Of a DNA stretch of 64,000 nt, positions 39,558 through 48,639 are shown in pieces (within the stretch, counting starts at the first letter, position 1; the number at the start of each line of letters is the position of its first letter). The position numbers and the translations under genes are program-made. The stretch lies in IMG/VR virus record IMGVR_UViG_3300037312_000757. The stretch is one strand, 5' to 3'. The notes below the pieces were generated by a model. That model was given only the letters and a program-made list of their open reading frames with translations, had not been told where the DNA came from and did no database searches. The DNA is from a virus. Taxonomy: Duplodnaviria; Heunggongvirae; Uroviricota; Caudoviricetes.

Positions 39558-39791
39558 TTACGTACCGATCAGCGTCAGTTTACCCATGATCATCATCGGG
39601 AATTCGTTTTCGCCACCAGCTTTGTACACCGCATCTTGCATGACTGCTTCGGGCAGTTGCATCTCGGTGACCTTCATCAACACTGCTTGATCGAACTTGA
39701 GACGCAGATCTTCTGGCAGTCGATCGGTCTCGATGATGTCCGACCATGCGTCATTGCCCAGCTTGTAGAAATGTGTGACTGCAACTTTCAC
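39558..39791 (-). CDS. hypothetical protein
   Basis: GTGA overlap. Confidence 0.6.
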   Translation of the reverse strand: MKVAVTHFYKLGNDAWSDIIETDRLPEDLRLKFDQAVLMKVTEMQLPEAVMQDAVYKAGGENEFPMMIMGKLTLIGT

Positions 39792-40123
39792 TTGATTTTC
39801 CCCTCTGCGTTTGCCTGTTTGATTTTCTCAATCCATTTGTCCAGCTTGGGCTGAGCAATGGCAACCAATTCTTGCTCGTTCAAGGTATCGCCATTGTTCT
39901 TGAACAACAGGTCGAGACCCGAACAGATGAGGTCAATTGCCTCACCGTTGACACCATCAGGGCCAGGCGTCTTATAGCTATCACCGCTTGCAATAGCAAT
40001 CTCTTCGGCCACTTCGCCCAATTCAGCTTGCATAGCTGAACCGATCGAATACAGGGATCGCGTGCTGTGATATTGGTTGGCTTTCTGGCATGCCGCCAAT
40101 ACAGTTTCTACTAGCGACTTCAT
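39788..40123 (-). CDS. MazG-like nucleotide pyrophosphohydrolase
   Basis: AELGEVAEE...GEAIDL (ExxE...ExxD). Confidence 0.7.
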   Translation of the reverse strand: MKSLVETVLAACQKANQYHSTRSLYSIGSAMQAELGEVAEEIAIASGDSYKTPGPDGVNGEAIDLICSGLDLLFKNNGDTLNEQELVAIAQPKLDKWIEKIKQANAEGKIK

Positions 40124-40336
40124 TTAGTTCTCCACATCAAATTCCAAAAGTTCTTCGATCAACAGCTGGTAATGACACTTGACAGCATGTAATTGATCGA
40201 GCAACTTCTGCGTGATTTTTCCTGTCTTGCGACAAACGTCCAAAGCCTTTTGTAATTCGGCATCTAGCGCTTCGGACCGCAGATGGAACCATGTTTCAGT
40301 TCCATCTGCATGATAGCCTACAACAGAAACGACCAT
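40124..40336 (-). CDS. hypothetical protein
   Basis: TGATG coupling. Confidence 0.6.
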   Translation of the reverse strand: MVVSVVGYHADGTETWFHLRSEALDAELQKALDVCRKTGKITQKLLDQLHAVKCHYQLLIEELLEFDVEN

Positions 40337-40806
40337 CAGCCGATCAGTTTCCCCAGCACGTCGCTTGCCAGCTTGCCGTCATACTGGCCGTTGTAGTTGG
40401 CCTTCAGAATGGCCATTGCTTTGCCGCGTTCCTTGGCCGTAATGCCATCCGGGAATTCGGCGCGGAAGATCTGTTCCAGTTGATCTGCCGTCAGTTGTTG
40501 TGGCAGATAGCCGTTCAGGATCTCGGCTTCCTTGCGTGCATCCGCGAGTGCCTGTTCGTCCTTGACATTCGCCTGCACTTCGGCGTTGCCCTTCAGGAAC
40601 TTGCGCACAGTTGCGATGATTTCATCGCTCGTCGGATCGCGCTTGATCACGCGGCCGTCAGCATCACGTTGTTCCTTTTCGGCGGCAGCATCAGCGAGCG
40701 TTTTTGCTTCGCCGATCAGTGTCGTCAGCAGCGAAGCGACGATAGTGTTTTTGTCCTTGCGGGCCTGCAATTGGTCCGCTTTAATCTGTTCTAGCGTTAC
40801 CGCCAT
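40336..40806 (-). CDS. GatB/YqeY-domain protein
   Basis: LEQIKADQLQARKDK, EAEILNGYLPQQLT, GKAMAILK...DGK. Confidence 0.88.
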   Translation of the reverse strand: MAVTLEQIKADQLQARKDKNTIVASLLTTLIGEAKTLADAAAEKEQRDADGRVIKRDPTSDEIIATVRKFLKGNAEVQANVKDEQALADARKEAEILNGYLPQQLTADQLEQIFRAEFPDGITAKERGKAMAILKANYNGQYDGKLASDVLGKLIG

Positions 40807-40885
40807 CACGTTCTCCTTTTTCTTCACTAATGGTCTTAGATGATACATTCATATAGGACCATCAGCAATGTTTATTGCTTATTGT

Positions 40886-41941
40886 TTATTGGGTCCCGCA
40901 CGTATCTTTGCCTCCCAATTGATTGGGAACAATCGGCTTGCCGTGCATCCAATGCTTGACCGTTTGCACATGATTGGGGCGAACATACTTGGCTACACTG
41001 TGGCGGAAGTCCGCATACGAGAAGCCGTCAGCAATACGCAGCACGTAACCTTCTTCGGTTACGGTGTCAAGATCAGTAGCCAGCTTACGCAGCTTTTGTT
41101 CATCGTAGATGCCATCGTAAATGACTTCTACGGGCGTGATGCTCATCAGCTCAAAATACTCTAGCGTGAGGTTCCAGGGCAAACAGAAGTTCTTGTCATC
41201 CCAGATCGAGAAGCCATAGAAGTACGACTTCAAGTCAGGATAAAAGATCGAATGCTCAGCGAACAAGTTTTCACCGCAGACGCGCCATCCCTCTGGAATG
41301 TCACCACAGATCTGACCCCAGAAGTTCTTCACCCAGTTGCGGCTAGGGTGATTACGACTGTCCACGCTACGTGCATGGATGTAGTCAGGATACATGGTTG
41401 TATTCTCGCCATCCATTTTCTTGGTGGCAATCACACGCTTGCCTGCGAAGTTGGCATTGCAAACATTCGGCGGCAGAACACGGTCATCGCTCGATGGCGT
41501 TGGTGACCAGGGCAGATGATATGTGCGCTGATACTTGACGTAGTGGGAGAACAACCCCAACACGCCACCTTGGGTAAGAATCTTCTGCACGCTTTCATCG
41601 TTGAACAGTTCGCCCTTCAGCCGTGTACCGTTCGGCTGAACCGGGTTGCCCCACTTGTCGTAGACTTGATCGTCGTACAAATGCGGCGGAATGATCACCT
41701 TGGTGATACCGCAAGCATGACGCACGTCTTCGACACTGATCTCAGTGGTCTCACACTTGATGTGATGTTCACTACAGACCGAGGCTCCATTGTCCAAATA
41801 ATAGCCACCGTCCGGCCATAGCCGACGTTCGAGAATGTGATGTGCGTCCTGCGCAGGTTTGTCGCAGAACACGCATTTGTTATTGTCACGCGCAAAAACT
41901 CCTTCGCGAAATTGATCACGCGTCAATAGCTTTTGACTCAT
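40886..41941 (-). CDS. HNH-like Zn domain fused to ATP-dependent RNA ligase
   Basis: CVFC...DAHHILER...VCSEHH; ligase motifs KMDGEN, CGEN, FYGF, EGYV, KYVR. Confidence 0.85.
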   Translation of the reverse strand: MSQKLLTRDQFREGVFARDNNKCVFCDKPAQDAHHILERRLWPDGGYYLDNGASVCSEHHIKCETTEISVEDVRHACGITKVIIPPHLYDDQVYDKWGNPVQPNGTRLKGELFNDESVQKILTQGGVLGLFSHYVKYQRTYHLPWSPTPSSDDRVLPPNVCNANFAGKRVIATKKMDGENTTMYPDYIHARSVDSRNHPSRNWVKNFWGQICGDIPEGWRVCGENLFAEHSIFYPDLKSYFYGFSIWDDKNFCLPWNLTLEYFELMSITPVEVIYDGIYDEQKLRKLATDLDTVTEEGYVLRIADGFSYADFRHSVAKYVRPNHVQTVKHWMHGKPIVPNQLGGKDTCGTQ

Positions 41942-42332
41942 TTTCTTTTCTCCATTCACGTGTGAGACCCAGCAGATATTTGGCCTCATCACGCATAACA
42001 CCCCAGATTGGTGTGCAGTTATGTTGTTCAACGTGCTTGATGAAGTTTTCGAGCTCGCAAATCAAGACTTCATTTGATGGATTCTGGTGAGCACGATCGA
42101 GAACTGCGCTGTAAGTTGACAGCACGGCAGCACAATCAAGATGACCGTCACGATGATTTGTCGCACTGACTTCTTGCTGTTTGTTGCGAATCAGGAAGTA
42201 CACAGGAAACTTGGCATAAAGAACTACCTTCCGTGAATCCTGATTCGCCAACTTTTCAGGGTTGTACCACAGCTTGAAGCGGCGCAACTTGATGTCGTTC
42301 AGCCTATTGTCGATGTCTTTGAATGTGGTCAT
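41916..42332 (-). CDS. hypothetical protein
   Basis: GGAG RBS before MTTF. Confidence 0.65.
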   Translation of the reverse strand: MTTFKDIDNRLNDIKLRRFKLWYNPEKLANQDSRKVVLYAKFPVYFLIRNKQQEVSATNHRDGHLDCAAVLSTYSAVLDRAHQNPSNEVLICELENFIKHVEQHNCTPIWGVMRDEAKYLLGLTREWRKENESKAIDA

Positions 42333-42351
42333 GATATTCTCACCAGTTACT

Positions 42352-42669
42352 TCATGCTTGAAGCAACGCGGCTTTCGGCTCATATACTTTCTCTAACGTC
42401 ACGATGATGTGATCGAGCTGCGACAGCGCCATCGCCATATGAGACGGCAACGTAAACAGACCATTCACGTGCGAGTACGCGCTCTTTGCGGCACGAAGCA
42501 GCGCTTCATCTGTGTGCTTTGCTTTGTTCCGGTCCATCTCGCCGAAGAGCATGCTGAGCGCGGTGTAGCGCGCAAACAGCAGAGGATTGCCGGCCATGTA
42601 GCCACGAATAACTTGTGCGTCCAGTGCATCGAATTCAGCTTGCAACAGCTTAACAAGTTCGTTCTTCAT
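42352..42669 (-). CDS. hypothetical protein
   Basis: GGAG RBS; promoter TTGACG-17-TAGACT with palindromic spacer. Confidence 0.7.
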   Translation of the reverse strand: MKNELVKLLQAEFDALDAQVIRGYMAGNPLLFARYTALSMLFGEMDRNKAKHTDEALLRAAKSAYSHVNGLFTLPSHMAMALSQLDHIIVTLEKVYEPKAALLQA

Positions 42670-42732
42670 GAAAATGGCTCCAACGTGTTTAGTTGAAGCC
42701 AGTCTACGTTCATTTGAACGGCACGTCAAGCA

Positions 42733-42948
42733 TCATGAATGATTGATATTCCTCGGCGAGCCGTCATCGTTGTAATAACGAGCTGAGATTGGAACCTTTT
42801 GATGCAAGCGCACATCATCCCGTATGAATTCCTCAGCACGTTCCAATGATCCAAAAGTTGGCGCATTCATAGGCCAATATATGCCCAGCTTCTTCTTTAG
42901 CACCTGAAAGGTACCAGGTGCGATCTCATCAATCCTGTACATGATCAA
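42733..42948 (-). CDS. hypothetical protein
   Basis: 71 aa; similar YRI..G..W..F/Y.TLE.A pattern to 42945 neighbour. Confidence 0.6.
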   Translation of the reverse strand: MIMYRIDEIAPGTFQVLKKKLGIYWPMNAPTFGSLERAEEFIRDDVRLHQKVPISARYYNDDGSPRNINHS

Positions 42949-43226
42949 TAATCAAGTGGTTTGCCATTTTCTTGAAACCAGTACTCACGTTTCTTAAACT
43001 TGGCCTTTTCCTGCTGTTCAGCCTTTTGTGCTAAACGCATTTCAGCATGATTTCGCAATGCTTCTCGTGCGTCCTCTAATGTTGAATAGACAATCACATG
43101 TTCGCCGGCGTACGAGTTTTCTGTCACCTTGAACCAAAGGCCAAACAAACCCCTCTCTTTAATGTAGTAGCGATTGGGTTCAAATTCAACAATACGATAT
43201 TCGACGCGACTGTAGCTTCCTGGCAT
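42945..43226 (-). CDS. hypothetical protein
   Basis: 93 aa; TGATG coupling. Confidence 0.65.
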   Translation of the reverse strand: MPGSYSRVEYRIVEFEPNRYYIKERGLFGLWFKVTENSYAGEHVIVYSTLEDAREALRNHAEMRLAQKAEQQEKAKFKKREYWFQENGKPLDY

Positions 43227-43627
43227 CAGTAGAGCCTCAAGTGTGACGTGATGCCTTCAAACTCTTCGTTGAAAGCAGGACCGATCGCAAGGCAGGTTAC
43301 GGTTGGTTGACCGTTAAACACAGTCTTACCACTGTCGGTGATGCGACATACTGGCAAACCCGCTGCAATCGCTTTTGCTTCGATCGCCTCGAGCTCAGCC
43401 AAGTCCTTGCAACCCAGAACAGGCTTGGTGAAAATACCTTCCCACCATTCGGCCAACGCAGTGTCGTTTTCCACGACAAGCGTGTATTCACGCTGTTCTT
43501 CGGTAGCCGTTACCAGCATTTGAGACTTGATTGCGCCCATTGCGGCGTGGGCAACTTGCGCAGCCAATTTACCTGGCGGCATGTTGAGGTCGCGACGTGC
43601 GACGATTACTTGTTTTGTTGGCATCAC
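43226..43627 (-). CDS. pth2: peptidyl-tRNA hydrolase, Pth2 type
   Basis: KQVIVARRDLNMPPGKLAAQVAHAA, DSGKT, TCLAIGP, ITSHLRLY. Confidence 0.93.
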   Translation of the reverse strand: MMPTKQVIVARRDLNMPPGKLAAQVAHAAMGAIKSQMLVTATEEQREYTLVVENDTALAEWWEGIFTKPVLGCKDLAELEAIEAKAIAAGLPVCRITDSGKTVFNGQPTVTCLAIGPAFNEEFEGITSHLRLY

Positions 43628-43860
43628 TTTGCTCCGAAATACGTTTCCAGCTGATGGCGCAGCTTGCAGATGTTGTCTGTTTCACGATACGTGCTGATAT
43701 ACCCCTTACTGTCATGAAGGGACCATTGCATCACGATCTTCTTGCGTGGCTTCCACCACTTGCGAAAATGCAGAGTGAAAATAGTCTGAATGCCAAAATA
43801 GTGACGTTCAGTCTCAGTGTAATACTTGACTTCTTTGAGAAGTTCTTGTGAGAGGATCAT
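43624..43860 (-). CDS. hypothetical protein
   Basis: overlapping start/stop coupling. Confidence 0.6.
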   Translation of the reverse strand: MILSQELLKEVKYYTETERHYFGIQTIFTLHFRKWWKPRKKIVMQWSLHDSKGYISTYRETDNICKLRHQLETYFGAK

Positions 43861-44153
43861 TGTAGTTCTTTCAACAGAAAGTCGCGAAGCTTGGCTGCTT
43901 TCTCGACGGTGTCCTTGTACATTTTCTCGATGGCTTCAGCATCAAGCTTCTTCGTGCGATAGTCGCTCGCAGTATCAGCAGGACGTGTTTTGATAACACC
44001 ACCACGCCCATCGACAATGCGTTCGGAACGATACGTGAACCATCCGTAATTACCAGCGTCTGTCCACGTCACATTTGTAACCTTGTGAATCTGGTGTCGA
44101 TGATTGATAACCAGATCACCTGCTTGATACATTTGTTTATCGCGTTGCCTCAC
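43857..44153 (-). CDS. hypothetical protein
   Basis: overlapping start/stop coupling. Confidence 0.6.
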   Translation of the reverse strand: MRQRDKQMYQAGDLVINHRHQIHKVTNVTWTDAGNYGWFTYRSERIVDGRGGVIKTRPADTASDYRTKKLDAEAIEKMYKDTVEKAAKLRDFLLKELQ

Positions 44154-44734
44154 TTGATACCCCGCACCAGGTTGAATGCATGTTGATGCACTTGAAGAAT
44201 ACGTTCAAGCATTTCATCCTGCGTCATGCGCTTTAGCGTCTGTCGATGGAACTGTTCATCTGGGAGAATGATGTCCAAAGCATTGCTGATGTCTTGCGGT
44301 GTGCATGCCATTTCGTGAATGATCTCGAAACGGAATGCGGCCAGTCCTTCACCCAGGTAATTTACAGCGCAATACGTGTCCAAGTCCACGATTTCTTTGT
44401 TCATCGTGGTCCAATAAGAACTTTGTGTTCCAGTCTGGCCGTGTGCAGCTGGCGTGATCTTTCGGTCAGCCATCAAGTCGAGCAGGATGCCCGAATGTTT
44501 GTGTTCGTCTTCACCGATGTTTGCAAATACGCGACGAATGCGATCATCTATCACGAACTGATCAGGAGCGGCCATTTGCTGTTCATACGTGTGGTTGAGC
44601 AGCATGTCGTAGTCCAAACCACCTTCGATCTCAGTGATCTGAAGCTTTTGAAGCCAACGAGCCATCTTCACCGGATCTGCGCAGCACTTTTTCCACCATT
44701 CCTTGGTGAATTCAATATCGTCGTTCGAGTACAT
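44150..44734 (-). CDS. ferritin-like di-iron protein
   Basis: E...DEHKH...E...DEQFH ligand pattern. Confidence 0.75.
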   Translation of the reverse strand: MYSNDDIEFTKEWWKKCCADPVKMARWLQKLQITEIEGGLDYDMLLNHTYEQQMAAPDQFVIDDRIRRVFANIGEDEHKHSGILLDLMADRKITPAAHGQTGTQSSYWTTMNKEIVDLDTYCAVNYLGEGLAAFRFEIIHEMACTPQDISNALDIILPDEQFHRQTLKRMTQDEMLERILQVHQHAFNLVRGIK

Positions 44735-45234
44735 CAGCTTGCGGCCTCTTCGTAGTCATCAGAATCGTCTATAAAGCGACCGCGTGGTGTCGGTGTACGC
44801 TTTACCTTCTTGCGTGATTGCTCAGGGTCCACAGTCGTTACCGTGACCACTGCATGATTCTTTACCACTGCAAACGCACCGTTACCGAGTGGCACCTTTG
44901 CATCACCCAGAGTGGCAACAACGTTTTCAACCTTCTCACTTGCAATCAGCTGGCGAATTGCATCAACATCCACACCCATAACGCGCTCGATGTAACGCAA
45001 AATGGCATGATCAGAAACGGTAAGCTTCTTGGGAATCAGCGTCTCGATCAGATCCTCAAGTCGTTTCTTCTCCTCAAGCAGCTCGTTCATACGAGCGGTG
45101 AGCTGACGTTGTTCTGCCTTCATTTCGTCAAGACTCACGTCGATCTTTGCGAGTCTTTTCTTCAGCGAGGTGATTTGTTCACCTTTATCAACGTATGCCA
45201 TTTTTGTAGGTGTAATTTTTGCAGTGCTTGCCAT
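44734..45234 (-). CDS. coiled-coil protein with SDHAILRYIER domain
   Basis: N-terminal heptads; start uncertain. Confidence 0.7.
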   Translation of the reverse strand: MASTAKITPTKMAYVDKGEQITSLKKRLAKIDVSLDEMKAEQRQLTARMNELLEEKKRLEDLIETLIPKKLTVSDHAILRYIERVMGVDVDAIRQLIASEKVENVVATLGDAKVPLGNGAFAVVKNHAVVTVTTVDPEQSRKKVKRTPTPRGRFIDDSDDYEEAAS

Positions 45235-45299
45235 TATACACAAATGGCAAAGGCCGGGAACGCTAATTCCCGGCCTTTTTACCAGTTTGAAGTGGTGAT

Positions 45300-45521
45300 T
45301 TACCGCTTTTTCTTCTTCTTTTTCTTCTCATGCTCCCATTCACCAAACAAAACAAGCGCCAATACGGCAACGCCAATCCAAATTTCTTCGGTCGTTGTTA
45401 GATGAATCGAGATAGGATGAACGGCAGGCGTTGCTGCAGAGTTAGGGGCATTCGCTGCTTGATGCTGCGCAAACGCTGAAAATGAAAGAACTAGGAGTAG
45501 TGTGGCGAAGAGCGTTTTCAT
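45300..45521 (-). CDS. small membrane/secreted protein with poly-Lys tail
   Basis: signal peptide MKTLFATLLLVLSFSAFA, TM helix, KKKKKKKR. Confidence 0.6.
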   Translation of the reverse strand: MKTLFATLLLVLSFSAFAQHQAANAPNSAATPAVHPISIHLTTTEEIWIGVAVLALVLFGEWEHEKKKKKKKR

Positions 45522-45694
45522 ACCACTATTTACGATTTCGCCTACGAAGGTACGTGTCAAGCACGACCCATGCCACTAATACCGCAGTGACAGCGAACCA
45601 CAAAATAATAACATCTCGTGCGTTGTCTGGCATGTTGGCCTCGTATTCAGTTGCCACATGTTACTGCATCGCAACATGCCAGTCAAGCAAATGC

Positions 45695-45883
45695 CTACAG
45701 CTTTATAATCACGCGTTTGCCGATGTGACCCACTTTCTCTACGCCGACTTTGCTGATCTCGTCGAGATAGTTTGTGCGCTGACCCTGAACATACACGACG
45801 GTATCACCGTCAATGCGTCCTTCGGTAATACCCTTCAGCAGCTTGTTGATTAGATCGTTGACTGTCATTTTATTTTTGTTCAT
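45695..45883 (-). CDS. hypothetical protein
   Basis: MTVNDLINKL pattern. Confidence 0.6.
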   Translation of the reverse strand: MNKNKMTVNDLINKLLKGITEGRIDGDTVVYVQGQRTNYLDEISKVGVEKVGHIGKRVIIKL

Positions 45884-45973
45884 ATTTCTTCATCAAGCGA
45901 TCAACTTCGATTGATGCATGTACGGTGAGAACGATACAACCTACTATCACGATCAAACCCAGACAAACCCACA

Positions 45974-46300
45974 TTACGTATTCTCCAGATCTTTCTGGGT
46001 GATCTTGATTGCTGGCGGAGTTGGGAAGTCACTGACGTCGTACTCTTCGCCATTTTCATCCAAGTATTCCTTGAATGCCTTGACGTAGTCAACTTTGCGA
46101 TAAGCCTTGACGAAGTTCACAACGGTCGTTGGATGGCCGAAATGCTTCGACAGGTGCTCGATTGCATCAGCAGCCGCTTCCATACGATGCATGCTTTCAG
46201 TGCAGTCATGCACATAAAATGGAATAGCGTTGGAGATCCATTGTGTAGCCAGCGCGTCAATCACTTCATGCAGAGTGACCGTTTTATCTTGTAGTGCCAT
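45974..46300 (-). CDS. hypothetical protein
   Basis: follows 46302 stop directly. Confidence 0.65.
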   Translation of the reverse strand: MALQDKTVTLHEVIDALATQWISNAIPFYVHDCTESMHRMEAAADAIEHLSKHFGHPTTVVNFVKAYRKVDYVKAFKEYLDENGEEYDVSDFPTPPAIKITQKDLENT

Positions 46301-46301
46301 G

Positions 46302-46574
46302 TTATTTTGTGAGAGCAGTGAATGCGCGAGAAATTTCATCACGTGCTACTTCAATTGCACGATCGGTCTTGCGCGTCCATTCGGAGTCGTTGTAACCAAG
46401 AGCTTCGCCCAGCGCATTATTTGCACGGCGGAGGGCACCGCAAACTTCCTGCTTGGTCTGACTAAAATCAATGGAGCCAGCCTTCTTGCCAAGATCGAGA
46501 GCGAGTTGCGCTTCCGCATTGCCAGCAGCGGCAAGACGCTCTAAGACGCTCTTGTAGATGAGCTCTGCGTTCAT
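46302..46574 (-). CDS. hypothetical protein
   Basis: ATGA overlap. Confidence 0.65.
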   Translation of the reverse strand: MNAELIYKSVLERLAAAGNAEAQLALDLGKKAGSIDFSQTKQEVCGALRRANNALGEALGYNDSEWTRKTDRAIEVARDEISRAFTALTK

Positions 46575-46750
46575 TGCTCTTCTTTCCCGTTGAAAATACA
46601 GGTGGCTTCTACACGATCTGACCTTTCACGTTTGCTGATCCACGACGCAACAGCTTGGCATCGCTCTTGTGTTTTGAACTCTTGGAACGAATATAGGTGA
46701 TCATACGCTGCATGATTGTAGAGCGTACTCATTACGATTAGAAGCCACAT
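46571..46750 (-). CDS. small hypothetical protein
   Basis: MWLLIV...QEFKTQERC...ATC. Confidence 0.55.
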   Translation of the reverse strand: MWLLIVMSTLYNHAAYDHLYSFQEFKTQERCQAVASWISKRERSDRVEATCIFNGKEEQ

Positions 46751-46801
46751 TTTCTTGTTCTTATTGTGAATGAGCCGCAAAACGCGGCTCATTGGGCTAT
46801 T

Positions 46802-46886
46802 TGGTGCCCCGGGACGGACTCGAACCGTCAAGCCTTTCGGCGGCAGATTTTGAGTCTGCTGTGTTTTCCAGTTTCACCACCGGGGC
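46802..46886 (-). tRNA. tRNA-Leu(CAA)
   Basis: GCCCCGG acceptor, GCAGA-CT-CAA-AA-TCTGC, long variable arm, TTCGAG, ACCA end. Confidence 0.95.
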
Positions 46887-46893
46887 ATACAGC

Positions 46894-47073
46894 TTACTTC
46901 GCTGCGTCTTCCTTCTTGTCCTTGCCGCGCGAACGAGCACGAACTTCGTTCGCGTGAATCGCTGCCGCTTCCGAGCGGATGACCGACTTCTCTGCCGTGC
47001 GATCGGTCGGGTGGCGCAGTGCTGCCATGATCTTCACCGACGTCGGAACCTTGATACCTTTTGCGAGCTTCAT
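46894..47073 (-). CDS. small basic protein
   Basis: AGGA RBS; TTGACA-17-TAGAAT promoter. Confidence 0.6.
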   Translation of the reverse strand: MKLAKGIKVPTSVKIMAALRHPTDRTAEKSVIRSEAAAIHANEVRARSRGKDKKEDAAK

Positions 47074-47151
47074 GTGTCTTTCCTGTAGAACAGTTTGTTT
47101 CGAGAGTTCGTATTCTACATTTGGCATGCCAGTTGTCAACAAAAATATGGC

Positions 47152-47177
47152 AAAAAGGGGAGCAATGCTCCCCTTTT
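47152..47177. terminator. intrinsic terminator
   Basis: AAAAAGGGGAGC-AAT-GCTCCCCTTTT. Confidence 0.8.
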
Positions 47178-47195
47178 CATTTAGCCAATTGAAAC

Positions 47196-47513
47196 TTAGG
47201 CGATTGTGTGCTGGTCGAACATTGCGACATTGTACTGGCCAACGTACTGTGTCTTGTATGCATCCCATGAGTCGATGTCTGCCTTGTTGGCATTGTAGAA
47301 TGCCATGTAGTCAGCTTCTGAATCCCATGTTGAGATGTATGACAGTTGCAGGTTGTCTGATGATGTTGATGTTGTCTCACCACGGAAACCTGTTGCTGAA
47401 GAACGCAGACCTTCAATCTTGTCGTGCAGTGTCTTCATGTCTGCTGTGATAACGTCCATGATGAATGGAACAGTTGTGTGACGACGCTTGTATGTCAATG
47501 TGCGTGTAAACAT
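47196..47513 (-). CDS. hypothetical late protein, probable paralog of 57037
   Basis: GGAG RBS, TAAATA upstream; TYKRRHTTVPF vs VHTRPSTDVLF. Confidence 0.7.
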   Translation of the reverse strand: MFTRTLTYKRRHTTVPFIMDVITADMKTLHDKIEGLRSSATGFRGETTSTSSDNLQLSYISTWDSEADYMAFYNANKADIDSWDAYKTQYVGQYNVAMFDQHTIA

Positions 47514-47558
47514 TTCTTTTCTCTCCAAATGAACCAGAGATGATCCCTGGCTCAATAT

Positions 47559-47885
47559 TTATCTGTAGAGATCGCGATTTGAAGTGCCTACTTTTGGCGT
47601 TTCCTCATCCAAACTCGACCAATCGTTCTTGATTAGTTCTTGGAGCAGCACATACTTGCCATCAATTTCCGTCACCAATTCATAAATTCGGCCATCAATC
47701 CAGTACATGTGAGAACAAACATGAGTTCCACAGCTCGCTTCGTTTGGCCGAATGTGCTTGATTAATTCTCGAATGAATTCTTCTTCCTTACCTTCAAGCT
47801 TTCGAGTTGAATATGGCACAATTTTCTCCATCAAAGCAGCAGATGGCCTGAAATCTTTGTAGGGATTATCGCTCAGTTTAGTCAT
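47559..47885 (-). CDS. hypothetical protein
   Basis: overlaps DUF3307 stop. Confidence 0.6.
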   Translation of the reverse strand: MTKLSDNPYKDFRPSAALMEKIVPYSTRKLEGKEEEFIRELIKHIRPNEASCGTHVCSHMYWIDGRIYELVTEIDGKYVLLQELIKNDWSSLDEETPKVGTSNRDLYR

Positions 47886-48255
47886 AGCAGATGAGGACGT
47901 AGACACCATAGGTGATGGTCACATAAGTTAGTTGATGCACAAGCTGGTCCATACCCATCTCATGCCAGAAGCGTTGTTCGCCAGGATTCTTCGAACCGTA
48001 CTTCATTTTGACGAAGTCACAGTGATAATGAACGACACCGTCAAACAACGCCAGAAGCAAAAGGCCGACCGGATATTCGATGAAAAGGAAGGGCAACAGA
48101 ACAACCATCGTTCCTAGCACATGCTCAAGTGTATGCCCAAGTCCCACCAAGTTACCATAGCATCCCTTCGTCTGCACTTGCGCGGTAGTCTGCAAGTAGA
48201 AGTCAGCAAAGAAATGCTTCACCTGCATGAGCAGCATGAGAAAAATGAGGCTCAT
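47878..48255 (-). CDS. DUF3307-family membrane protein
   Basis: KHFFADFYLQ, H..EH, HYHCD..K, DQLVH. Confidence 0.8.
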   Translation of the reverse strand: MSLIFLMLLMQVKHFFADFYLQTTAQVQTKGCYGNLVGLGHTLEHVLGTMVVLLPFLFIEYPVGLLLLALFDGVVHYHCDFVKMKYGSKNPGEQRFWHEMGMDQLVHQLTYVTITYGVYVLICYD

Positions 48256-48545
48256 GACAGCACCATGTACAACCCTTTCTGCAGGTAGCCCATAGCTGCC
48301 AAATCATCCATAATGATTTGAATACTGTCTTCCTTCGTATCTGCTTCGCCACGTTGAACTAACTCTTCAACGTCTGCTGGTACCGCATGGCCAGTCACAT
48401 TGATCGGAAATGCCATGTGGCGAATAGTACTCGTTACACCGAATTCATCCACATCGTAAACTTCTTGAATGAGCTGGCAGAGATCATAAATGCGAATCAC
48501 CAATGCCTGTTCAGTTGGCACTTTCGGGTCTTCGATGATGTTCAT
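48252..48545 (-). CDS. hypothetical protein
   Basis: AGGA RBS before MNII. Confidence 0.6.
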   Translation of the reverse strand: MNIIEDPKVPTEQALVIRIYDLCQLIQEVYDVDEFGVTSTIRHMAFPINVTGHAVPADVEELVQRGEADTKEDSIQIIMDDLAAMGYLQKGLYMVLS

Positions 48546-48639
48546 TTGCTTCCTAGAATTGTTATTGTTGTGTTGCCAATTATTGCATTGGCGCACCAAT
48601 CTGTAAATAGAGGGAATAACCACTGTTTTAATCAACGAT

